Source of the DNA: Bacilli bacterium | Lineage (GTDB): Bacteria > Bacillota_I > Bacilli_A > RFN20 > CAG-826 | Assembly (NCBI GenBank): GCA_017635565.1 | Contig: JAGBLE010000001.1 | Location: forward strand, 2,039 to 66,038 | Length of the DNA stretch: 64,000 bases | Direction of reading: 5' to 3' | Shown: piece after piece, positions 8,072-16,720 of the stretch | How the letters are laid out: the number at the start of each line of letters is the position of its first letter | How positions within the stretch are numbered: position 1 is the stretch's first letter | Position numbers and translations under genes: made by a program | Notes under the pieces: generated by a model | Seen by the model: the letters and a program-made list of their open reading frames with translations, nothing else | Database searches by the model: none | What the model was told of the DNA's origin: nothing

Positions 8072-9778
8072 TTAGTTGTGTTGTTCTGCAGCAGCAAAAT
8101 CTTGTTTATGTCTTTCTTCAAGAGCGTCAACAATTTCTTTATGTTTTTCTTCAGTAATTGTGTATCCAAAATGCATGAGTAACCATGCAGCAACTACTGA
8201 GGCAACTAAAACAACAACAATTAAGATACCAGCAATACGTAACATATCGCTTGTTGCGGCATCTTTTGCCGCCATAACGTTGTTATAGAAATCTTCTGCT
8301 TCAGGAATTTCAGCTCCGCCACCAATAGGAGTGACAGTAGTTGTTCCAGAACCAGTAAAGATATTATGTCTATTTTCTGCATCAGAAATAGCTTGAACAG
8401 CTGGCATTAATCCTGCCACTAAGAAGATGATGTATTGGAATCCTCTAAGTAAAGCAGATGATAATTTAACATCAAGTGGTCTCCAAGCAGAAATGATTGA
8501 TTCCTTTCTTTCACCAAATTGATATTCGTTATAATCGATAGCGTCTTGGAACATAACCATGATTGCAAGATACATCATGCCCATTCCAAAGAAGAAGATG
8601 AATGGGAAGACATAATATAAGAACATTGTTCCACCAAAAGCCCATCCTAAATCCATATTGAAGAATTTTTCATATCCGACTGACGCTGCTTCGTTATACG
8701 CGATAGCGTGTTCTCCAAAAAGAGGAATACAGCAGAGGAAGAATCCAGCAAATCCAATCATTTGGATAATAAATGAAATAGTTAAAATCTTTTGTTTACT
8801 AATTTTCTTAGCAATAACAGGATATAAAGCCTGAGAAGAGACCATTGCAAGAACGTACATTACAGAAATGACTGTTGAAACAAGTCCACCTCTACCAGAA
8901 CCATATCCTAAGGATAAATAGAAATAGTTAAGTCCGATACCACCGGTAAGAACTCCACTAGCTAAGTAATATAAGAACATTGAGATAATCGCAACTCTAA
9001 GTTCTTTATTTTTACCAAATACTTTAAATAAATCTAAGAAGTGAGTTTCTTCACTTGCTTGTACTTGGTTAGGATCTTCTTTTCTTTCCTTACAGAATAA
9101 GAAAACCGCTAATTGAGATAATAAGAATAATACTGATACCACTATCGCTAGTATCATGTACATCTGTGCTGAGGATAAATTTGAGAACATGGTTGGAAGT
9201 AACATACATCCAGCAGTCATAATAAATCCACCAATAGAGGCACAAACTGTCATTTTAGAAGTGATAGATGCTCTTTCGTGTTCATCATTTGTTAATGATG
9301 GAAGCATTGACCAATAACCAATATCGTTAATGGTAAAGAATAAGTCCCATAAGAAATAGAAGGCAATCATAACGCCGACAAATGCCCATCCATCAGCATT
9401 ACCTGCTCCATCTACAGGTCTTATTAAGAACATACAAACGACCGCGATTGCATTACCAATAGCGCCGAGTAAAATCCATGGTTTAAATTTACCAAGGTTC
9501 TTGAAACGGAATTTCTCAACAATGAATCCCATAATAGGATCGTTAATTCCATCCCAAATAAGTGCAATAATCATTGCGATTGTGATGACTCCATATTGCG
9601 CTTTAAAAGCCTCTGGGTCCGAACTTAAAACACCACTGTTAATGGCGTATTGAAGTAAGAAGGATCCAACTAAGGCGTAGCAAGCATCTCTAAAAATGCC
9701 TGATAATGGGAATAACCACTTAGTTAATTTAGGAATCTTATTTCCTTCATAAGTGGCGTTTACATTCAAAAAGCCCAT
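8072..9778 (-). CDS. glycoside-pentoside-hexuronide (GPH):cation symporter family transporter
   Basis: 568 aa polytopic protein with a MelB/GPH-like N-terminus (...DACYALVGSFLLQYA..., DPIMGFIVEK). AAAGGAGAA RBS. Confidence 0.7.
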   Translation of the reverse strand: MGFLNVNATYEGNKIPKLTKWLFPLSGIFRDACYALVGSFLLQYAINSGVLSSDPEAFKAQYGVITIAMIIALIWDGINDPIMGFIVEKFRFKNLGKFKPWILLGAIGNAIAVVCMFLIRPVDGAGNADGWAFVGVMIAFYFLWDLFFTINDIGYWSMLPSLTNDEHERASITSKMTVCASIGGFIMTAGCMLLPTMFSNLSSAQMYMILAIVVSVLFLLSQLAVFLFCKERKEDPNQVQASEETHFLDLFKVFGKNKELRVAIISMFLYYLASGVLTGGIGLNYFYLSLGYGSGRGGLVSTVISVMYVLAMVSSQALYPVIAKKISKQKILTISFIIQMIGFAGFFLCCIPLFGEHAIAYNEAASVGYEKFFNMDLGWAFGGTMFLYYVFPFIFFFGMGMMYLAIMVMFQDAIDYNEYQFGERKESIISAWRPLDVKLSSALLRGFQYIIFLVAGLMPAVQAISDAENRHNIFTGSGTTTVTPIGGGAEIPEAEDFYNNVMAAKDAATSDMLRIAGILIVVVLVASVVAAWLLMHFGYTITEEKHKEIVDALEERHKQDFAAAEQHN

Positions 9779-9927
9779 TTATGTTTTTCTCCTTTATGAA
9801 AAAATAGATACAAAATGATTTTATAGGAAATTCGAAACTTAAACAACTTTTAAATATTTTTTAAAATATCCATTATAAAAGAATAACGAAAAGGATGTGA
9901 TTACATCTGATTTTTTTTAAAAAGAAA

Positions 9928-9943
9928 AGGAGATTTCTCTCCT
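9928..9943 (-). terminator. rho-independent terminator of rubrerythrin
   Basis: AGGAGA-TTTC-TCTCCT. The minus-strand hairpin is followed by TTTCTTTTT. Confidence 0.6.
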
Positions 9944-9952
9944 AATTTTCTA

Positions 9953-10492
9953 TTAATAGTTTTTAGCTTGTCTTTCAAAATAGCTTTGTGGATGAGCACA
10001 TGTTGGGCAGATTTTTGGTGCTTCTTTTCCAACGTGGATATGTCCACAGTTACGACATTTCCAAATAACTACATCCTCAGCAACATAGAATTTATCAGCC
10101 TTAACTTTTTCAAGTAAAGCAAGATATCTTTCTTCGTGTTCTTTTTCAATTTTTCCAACGAGTTCAAATTTTAAAGCGATTTCTTTAAATCCTTCTTCTC
10201 GAGCAACTTCAGCGAAATGTTTATACATATCAGTCCATTCGAAGTTTTCTCCCGCTGCAGCGTCTTGAAGGTTTTCAATTGTTGTTGGGACTTGTCCATC
10301 GTGAAGATATTTGAACCAAAGTTCAGCGTGTTCTTTTTCATTATCTGCGGTTTCTAAAAAAATCGCTGCAATTTGTTCATATCCTTCTTTTTTTGCTTTT
10401 GAAGCATAATAAGTGTATTTGTTTCTAGCTTGGCTTTCTCCAGCAAAAGCTGCTAACAAATTTTGTTCTGTTTTACTTCCTTTTAATTCCAT
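9953..10492 (-). CDS. rbr: rubrerythrin
   Basis: Ferritin-like diiron domain ([19 protein letters not shown]...EKEHAELW) plus a C-terminal rubredoxin-like WKCRNCGH...CPTCAHP. Confidence 0.9.
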   Translation of the reverse strand: MELKGSKTEQNLLAAFAGESQARNKYTYYASKAKKEGYEQIAAIFLETADNEKEHAELWFKYLHDGQVPTTIENLQDAAAGENFEWTDMYKHFAEVAREEGFKEIALKFELVGKIEKEHEERYLALLEKVKADKFYVAEDVVIWKCRNCGHIHVGKEAPKICPTCAHPQSYFERQAKNY

Positions 10493-10501
10493 AAGTAACT
10501 C

Positions 10502-11677
10502 CTATCTTTTTAAATTATACAATGTAATTGGTCCATCTTTCCTTATAAAAATCTCAATAACATTGTCTTTACCATATTTTTTTGAAAGTTCTTTAATGGC
10601 TTTATCCAAATATTCATCTTGAATAACCCCAATCACACTTCCAGCAAATCCACCACCATTGATTTTTATTGCACCATGGTTATTAGTGGCTTTCATAAAT
10701 AAATCACAAGCCTGAAGAGGACTACCTTCATATTGGTTTTCCACCATCATATTTTTTAAGTTATTAGTGGATGATAACCTCGATTCATTAATCGCATCTA
10801 AGAAAGCTTGTTCATCTTTATTTTTAAGAGCATCCATCGCGTTTCTTACGCGTTTATTTTCTGTATAGAAATGAACGCTTCGAGAATATTGGATATCAGT
10901 TAAGTTATGTTTAACACTTTCAAGTTCTTCTAAAGATCCTTCAACCAAGAAACGTTTTTTCATCTCGTTAGCGGCAAAAATCATATCGCTTGGAATTGAA
11001 GAATATAAATTGCTTAAAGAAGAATGATCTCCACCGGTATTGATTAATAGGAAGTGAAGATTATCAAATGGGAATTCGATTTGTTCAACAGTTGGGTTAT
11101 CAATATCTTTAAAATCCATTTGAACAACCCCGCCAAAACCAACTCCGATTTGATCAAGAAGTCCACTCTTTTTGCCAAAATATTCATTTTCTGCAAATTG
11201 TCCAGCCTTGCATAAAACCATATGAGGAACATTTCCTTCATTAAAGAAAACATTAAATAAATGAGCAACTAATAATTCAAAGGCCGCGCTTGAAGAAACA
11301 CCTGCCCCTCTAAAAATTGTTGAAATAGTATAAGCATCAAATCCACCGATTTTATATCCGTGTTTATCTAAATAATAAGCAATGCCTCTAATTAAAGAAG
11401 CGCTGTGTTCTTTTTCTTCTTGATGCATTGATAAATCAGAAACATCTAATTCATCCATAGGATAACCTAAAGATTTTAAATTAATTTGAGTGTCTTTTCT
11501 TTTTCTAGCAGCCGCCATAATTTGTAAATTACACGCTGAAGCAATGCATAGACCATGGTTATGATCAGTGTGATTACCTAAAATTTCAAATCTTCCGCCA
11601 CAAGAAGCAACAATGTCTGCTTGTCCCTGGAAATAAGCTTCAAAGTTATCGAGTAAAGTTTTAATTTGTTCTTCCAT
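10502..11677 (-). CDS. galactokinase-family GHMP sugar-1-kinase
   Basis: GGRFEILGNHTDHNHG corresponds to the GalK signature GRVNLIGEHTDY. GHMP motif GAGVSSSAAFELL and C-terminal GGGFAG. Confidence 0.75.
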   Translation of the reverse strand: MEEQIKTLLDNFEAYFQGQADIVASCGGRFEILGNHTDHNHGLCIASACNLQIMAAARKRKDTQINLKSLGYPMDELDVSDLSMHQEEKEHSASLIRGIAYYLDKHGYKIGGFDAYTISTIFRGAGVSSSAAFELLVAHLFNVFFNEGNVPHMVLCKAGQFAENEYFGKKSGLLDQIGVGFGGVVQMDFKDIDNPTVEQIEFPFDNLHFLLINTGGDHSSLSNLYSSIPSDMIFAANEMKKRFLVEGSLEELESVKHNLTDIQYSRSVHFYTENKRVRNAMDALKNKDEQAFLDAINESRLSSTNNLKNMMVENQYEGSPLQACDLFMKATNNHGAIKINGGGFAGSVIGVIQDEYLDKAIKELSKKYGKDNVIEIFIRKDGPITLYNLKR

Positions 11678-11686
11678 ATTGTTTAA

Positions 11687-12667
11687 TTACCTATTAGAAA
11701 ATATATACTTAATTGTTCGAGAATATAAGTGGTCTTTTTTCAAAAGATGTAACTTCAAATGTGAGTCACTTGGTTCAGCAGCGATGCTATCAAATATTTT
11801 ATCGCATTCTGGAGCAAGAACTGCACTACAAGAAAAGCCAGAAGTATAAATTTGCATCCCCTCAAAATCAGTGTATATATCCATTACATATTTTGAATTA
11901 GATAAAGAGGCATTTTTAATATTTATATCCTTATTAATAAAATAGAAATAATGATCATATCCATTAAGTTTAGGAGCTTTTAATGATTCGCTTTCAATAT
12001 CTTTGCCAATTAATTTTGGATTTCTAAAATCAAAAACATCAGTGACTTTTTCAATCCCAAGAGGAATTAAGTCATTACCATTTGGATTTAAATATCTATC
12101 TGAATTAATGAAAAGAGTGAGGTTCTTGCATGTTTTCTCACCTAAAGTAAAGTAAGTATGATTAGTTAATGATAAGACTGTATCCTTATCGCTTTTAGCA
12201 GAAAAAATAATATCTATTTCATTATTGAATAAGAAAACAATATATTTAATCTCAAGATTTAAATTACCTGGATAACCATCTTCTAAATCTTTTACTAGTG
12301 TTGAATAAATAACTTCTACCTTATTAGAATCACAATTAGTTTTGACATCAAATTTTCGATATGAAAGTCCATGCCTTCCACCATGAAGAACGTTATTGCC
12401 TTCGTTAGCAGCTAATTCATATATTTCTCCATTAAGAGAAAATTTGTTTCCTTTAATTCTATTCGCAGTTCTTCCAACTGTTTTTCCATAATATAAATCT
12501 GAATTTGAATAATCTAAAAGATTCTTAACGTTTCTTGTTAAAGATTCTTCGTTAAGTTTAATTTCAAAGATTGCAGCCCCTTCATCACAAAAAGTAACTT
12601 CTAAGCCACATTCATTTGTCACCTTAGTAAATTGTCTTTTGTTAATAATAGAAGTAGAGATATTCAT
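11687..12667 (-). CDS. galM: aldose 1-epimerase (mutarotase)
   Basis: YGKTVGRTANRIKGNKFSLNGEIYELAANEGNNVLHGG matches the aldose-1-epimerase core. Confidence 0.8.
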   Translation of the reverse strand: MNISTSIINKRQFTKVTNECGLEVTFCDEGAAIFEIKLNEESLTRNVKNLLDYSNSDLYYGKTVGRTANRIKGNKFSLNGEIYELAANEGNNVLHGGRHGLSYRKFDVKTNCDSNKVEVIYSTLVKDLEDGYPGNLNLEIKYIVFLFNNEIDIIFSAKSDKDTVLSLTNHTYFTLGEKTCKNLTLFINSDRYLNPNGNDLIPLGIEKVTDVFDFRNPKLIGKDIESESLKAPKLNGYDHYFYFINKDINIKNASLSNSKYVMDIYTDFEGMQIYTSGFSCSAVLAPECDKIFDSIAAEPSDSHLKLHLLKKDHLYSRTIKYIFSNR

Positions 12668-12669
12668 AT

Positions 12670-13230
12670 TTACTTCATAAATTTACGGCCATCGCTAAAA
12701 GCTTGTCCAACTTTTTCGCCAACAACATAATAGCCGTGATTAAATGGATCATAAGCAATAATTTTTAGCTTAGCGACATCAACCTTACCTTTATTATCCA
12801 AATATTCTTCATCAACGGAAAGTCTAACGATGTCACCTAATACTCCATATTCGCCTTGGAAAGGAGCATCTGTACATTCCATGCAAATTGCAAAATCATC
12901 TAAAATTGGAGCATCAACTAAATCTGATTTATGAGACTTCAATCCAGTTTTTGCAAATTTGTCTTTGACTTTTTTTGCTGAAACTAAGCCAAGATAATCA
13001 GCTTCCGCAATATGATTAGCGTCAGCAACAGTTACAGTAAAGGCGCCTGTTCTTTTGATGTTAATAAATGTTTGATGTTCAGCACTGATATTGAGCTGAA
13101 TTTGCTTATAATCATAGGCAACTCCCCAGGCTGCATTCATGACATCAACTGTACCATCTTCGTTATAAGTTGCGATTAAAATGACTGGCATTGGAAAAAT
13201 CGCAGGGACGGTAGGAATTTTCTTTTTCAT
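12670..13230 (-). CDS. flavin reductase-like (FMN-binding split-barrel) protein
   Basis: PMPVILIATYNEDGTVDVMNAAWGV is typical of flavin-reductase-domain proteins. 186 aa. Confidence 0.65.
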   Translation of the reverse strand: MKKKIPTVPAIFPMPVILIATYNEDGTVDVMNAAWGVAYDYKQIQLNISAEHQTFINIKRTGAFTVTVADANHIAEADYLGLVSAKKVKDKFAKTGLKSHKSDLVDAPILDDFAICMECTDAPFQGEYGVLGDIVRLSVDEEYLDNKGKVDVAKLKIIAYDPFNHGYYVVGEKVGQAFSDGRKFMK

Positions 13231-14384
13231 TACTCTCTCTCCTTTAAAAACCTAAGTAATCTATTACAGAATTGAAGGATAATTTCCTTCTGTGTAGCAA
13301 TATTAATTCTAATAAAACTAGAATAGTGTTCATGATAATGTTTCCCGCTGCCAACAATAATCTTAGCGCTCCTTTTTAATTCTTCAGTAAACGCTTCTGA
13401 ATCATTGGAATAATAGGAAATGTCAATCCACAATAAGTAAGTAGCGAAACCACTAATAATTTTCATTTTAATATCGTTTTTGACCAAAAATTCCGCTAAA
13501 ATTCTTCTATTTTCTTTAATATATTCGTTTTCTTCATTTACGTATTGTTCACATTTTGTATACGCTGCAATAACTGGTTCAATCGAGAAATATGATGGCT
13601 CACCCACATCATCTTCGTAAACACCTTTTTGAATTAGTTCTCTTAAGTCTTTATCTCTAATAATTATTACGGAAGAATGTAATCCAGCGAGGTTAAAAGT
13701 TTTCCCAGGAGAAACAAGCATTATTGCCTTTTCATAATCTACAAATTTAAGAACTGGATTATATCTTTTTTCGTTATAATCTAAGTCCGAATGTATCTCA
13801 TCACTAATGATGTAAATATTATATTTTTTACATATCTCAACAATACGTTTAATCTCGTTTTCTGAAAATTGAATTCCAATTGGATTATGTGGATTACAGA
13901 GTATAAATATTTTTGATTTCTGAACTTCTTTTTCAAACAAATCCCAATCAATGGAATATTGATAATCTTTGTAGACAAAAGGAATTTCTAATACTTTGCG
14001 ATTATTATTTTCAATGCAGTTAAAGAAGACGTTGTAATTTGGTGCAAATAAGGAAATATAATCTCCAACTTTCGATATTCTTTTGATGATTGAATCAATC
14101 GACGCCACAACACTAGTGGAAAAAATAAAATATTCTTCTTTTAAATCTAATCCATAGCGGTTCTTCCACCAATGAATATAAGCTTTATAGTATTCATTTG
14201 GCACGAAAGTATATCCATATGTTGCATCATTTGAACGAGAAATAATCGCTTCTTGAATTTCATTAGCCACCAAAAAATCTGTGTCAGCAATGGACAGAGA
14301 AATTTCGTCTTGAGAAACATCCCATTTATATGAATGGGTTTTTCTTCTATCGATTTTTTGATCAAAGTTATATTTATTTGCCAT
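13230..14384 (-). CDS. PLP-dependent C-S lyase, MalY/PatB family (cystathionine beta-lyase-like aminotransferase)
   Basis: N-terminus KYNFDQKIDRRKTHSYKWD is the MalY/PatB hallmark. Start set to ATG 14384 (the track starts at a TTG at 14390). Overlaps the DUF3737 stop codon. Confidence 0.75.
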   Translation of the reverse strand: MANKYNFDQKIDRRKTHSYKWDVSQDEISLSIADTDFLVANEIQEAIISRSNDATYGYTFVPNEYYKAYIHWWKNRYGLDLKEEYFIFSTSVVASIDSIIKRISKVGDYISLFAPNYNVFFNCIENNNRKVLEIPFVYKDYQYSIDWDLFEKEVQKSKIFILCNPHNPIGIQFSENEIKRIVEICKKYNIYIISDEIHSDLDYNEKRYNPVLKFVDYEKAIMLVSPGKTFNLAGLHSSVIIIRDKDLRELIQKGVYEDDVGEPSYFSIEPVIAAYTKCEQYVNEENEYIKENRRILAEFLVKNDIKMKIISGFATYLLWIDISYYSNDSEAFTEELKRSAKIIVGSGKHYHEHYSSFIRINIATQKEIILQFCNRLLRFLKERE

Positions 14385-15225
14385 TTCCAATAATTATTTC
14401 AGTTTTATTCTTGTCGATATTATTGTCGTCAAATATTAATTCCTTAACGCCTAATACTTTTATTTTCCCAGAGATTGGATTTTTAATCGAATCAACAACA
14501 CTTCTAATCTCCGCATCAATATCTGAACAATATTCAAAGCAAAGTGTTGTATTGATTAATTCACAATTGATGAGCTTCACGTTTTCCATATAACAAAGCC
14601 CTTGGTTTGAAGAAATTTTGCAGTTTATGAATGTGATATTTTTACTATTCCATGCGAGATATTCGCCGTCAATCGTGCAATTAATGATCGTGACATTTTC
14701 ACAATTCCAGAAACTATCTTTACTATTGAGAACTGAATTTCTAATAACAATATTTCTTCCACCATCGAAACAATAATTACCATCTAAATATAAATCAGTA
14801 ACATCAACATCTTCAGAATTAAATCCAAAATAATCACCAGTTGCTTTTACATGATTGATGGTAACGTTTTTACATTTCCAGAATGTTTCTTGGGCATTAG
14901 GAAGGTCGGTGTTAATTAATTTAACTCCATCACATCTTCTAAATGTTTTTGGAGCGATAATATTACAATCGACAAATTCAATATTATTTGTATACCAGAC
15001 TCCACTTCTTGCGGTTTCTAAAAAAGTGACTCTGTTACATTTAACATCTTTACAATACCAAAGAGGATATTTCCACCTAAATTCAGTATTTTCAATTGAA
15101 AGGTTTCTACTTTCTTTAAGTGGAGATTCACCATCTTCAAAAACACAATTTGAAATATGAGCGTCCTTACTCATAAATAGAGCGCGCTCACCAGTATATG
15201 TTCCTTCTTGATATTCGTATTTCAT
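14374..15225 (-). CDS. DUF3737-family right-handed beta-helix protein
   Basis: GERALF...GESPLKESRNL...WKYPLWY motifs and periodic N/C-rich beta-helix repeats, recalled as DUF3737. Confidence 0.55.
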   Translation of the reverse strand: MKYEYQEGTYTGERALFMSKDAHISNCVFEDGESPLKESRNLSIENTEFRWKYPLWYCKDVKCNRVTFLETARSGVWYTNNIEFVDCNIIAPKTFRRCDGVKLINTDLPNAQETFWKCKNVTINHVKATGDYFGFNSEDVDVTDLYLDGNYCFDGGRNIVIRNSVLNSKDSFWNCENVTIINCTIDGEYLAWNSKNITFINCKISSNQGLCYMENVKLINCELINTTLCFEYCSDIDAEIRSVVDSIKNPISGKIKVLGVKELIFDDNNIDKNKTEIIIGNGK

Positions 15226-15268
15226 GGCTGAATAATATTAACAAAATAGATATTTTGTTTCAATACGA

Positions 15269-15931
15269 TTATTTAGAACTTATCAATTTATCGAGATAAT
15301 ACGCTAATTCTTCTGTCCCTTCATCGTTTAATGCAGACACTTTGAAAACTTTTGCATTCTTATTTCTTTTGTGAATATATTCTTTACATTTTTCAAAATC
15401 AAAATCGAAAACAGGTAATGTATCGATTTTAGTAATGACTGCGATATTGCTTACTTGGAACATAAGTGGATATTTTAATGGTTTATCATCGCCTTCTGGC
15501 ACTGAAAGAAGCATCATATTGATATCACTACCAGTGTCAAATTCGGCAGGACACACTAAATTTCCAATATTTTCTAAAATCACTACATCTAAACCATCGA
15601 CATCAAACTCATTAATCGCATCACTAGTCATTTGGGCTGTTAAGTGACACGCTCCTGAAGTATGAACTTGGATAGATTTTACTCCGGTTAATTCTGATAT
15701 CCTTTGAGCGTCAACTTCTCCATCAATATCAGCTTCCATAACTCCGATTTTATATTTATTTTTTAATTTGTTGATTAAATTCACCAAAAGTGTCGTCTTT
15801 CCTGCTCCAGGAGAAGCCATGACATTGATAAAATAAATTCCTTTGTTTTTTAAGAAATTCCTCACTTGTTCTGCTTTTTTATTGTTTTCTACTAAAATAT
15901 CTTCTTTAACTTTAATAACTCGATAATCCAT
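15269..15931 (-). CDS. hypB: hydrogenase/urease-type nickel-incorporation GTPase HypB (paralog 1)
   Basis: P-loop SPGAGKTT, GACH metal-site motif, ENIGNLVCPAEFD and TKID (NKxD-like) motifs. Confidence 0.85.
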   Translation of the reverse strand: MDYRVIKVKEDILVENNKKAEQVRNFLKNKGIYFINVMASPGAGKTTLLVNLINKLKNKYKIGVMEADIDGEVDAQRISELTGVKSIQVHTSGACHLTAQMTSDAINEFDVDGLDVVILENIGNLVCPAEFDTGSDINMMLLSVPEGDDKPLKYPLMFQVSNIAVITKIDTLPVFDFDFEKCKEYIHKRNKNAKVFKVSALNDEGTEELAYYLDKLISSK

Positions 15932-16044
15932 AAGCTAATTCTTTCTTTTTCTCTAATATTATAAATATTTATTTGAAAGTCGTGCAAAATTTAATAAAAT
16001 AAACCTGGTCTCGCATATACGCGATAAATTAATTAAAAAGAAAT

Positions 16045-16719
16045 ATGTCAGAAATCAAAACTATTGTCGTCAACCGTTCAGCCTACGCTGATAATGATTT
16101 AGAAGCCGATTATTTACGTAAATATCTTAAGGAAAAAGGTACTTATGTTGTTAATCTTATGTCTTCTCCTGGAGCAGGAAAGACCACGACATTAACTAAG
16201 CTTATCAATATTCTTAAATCAACATTCCGCATTGGAGTAATGGAAGCCGACATCGATAGTGATGTTGACGCAATCTCAATTGCTAAAAATACTGGAGTTA
16301 AATCAATTCAACTCCACACTTCTGGAATGTGCCATCTCGACGCTGGCATGACCAAAAGTGGACTTGATGGAATAAACATTGAAGACCTTGACCTCGTCTT
16401 CCTTGAAAATGTTGGCAATCTTGTTTGCCCTGCTGAGTTTGATACAGGGGCTTGCTTAGATATCATGATTCTTTCCATCCCAGAAGGCGATGATAAACCA
16501 TTAAAATATCCTCTCGTCTTTGAAAAATGCGATTTAGTTATCATCAACAAGATAGACACAATTAGTTACTTCAATTTCGACTTTAAGAAATGTGAAGAAA
16601 CAATAAAGATGCGCAACCCTAACGCCACTATTATCCCAATAAGTGCTAAAACGGGAGAAAATGTCGATAAGGTTGCCCAATATTTCATAGAAAAAGTTAA
16701 TAACTGGAAGGAGAAATAA
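16045..16719 (+). CDS. hypB: nickel-incorporation GTPase HypB (paralog 2)
   Basis: SPGAGKTT, GMCH, ENVGNLVCPAEFD, NKID. Divergent from paralog 1. Its stop codon is 1 nt from the next ATG. Confidence 0.85.
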   Translation: MSEIKTIVVNRSAYADNDLEADYLRKYLKEKGTYVVNLMSSPGAGKTTTLTKLINILKSTFRIGVMEADIDSDVDAISIAKNTGVKSIQLHTSGMCHLDAGMTKSGLDGINIEDLDLVFLENVGNLVCPAEFDTGACLDIMILSIPEGDDKPLKYPLVFEKCDLVIINKIDTISYFNFDFKKCEETIKMRNPNATIIPISAKTGENVDKVAQYFIEKVNNWKEK

Positions 16720-16720
16720 C

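Noticed and set aside
15269-16719. The two hypB genes as a large inverted duplication that might mediate DNA inversion.
   Set aside because: The paralogs are well diverged at the DNA level, with only short identical stretches around the P-loop codons. No recombinase or inverted-repeat boundaries are present.
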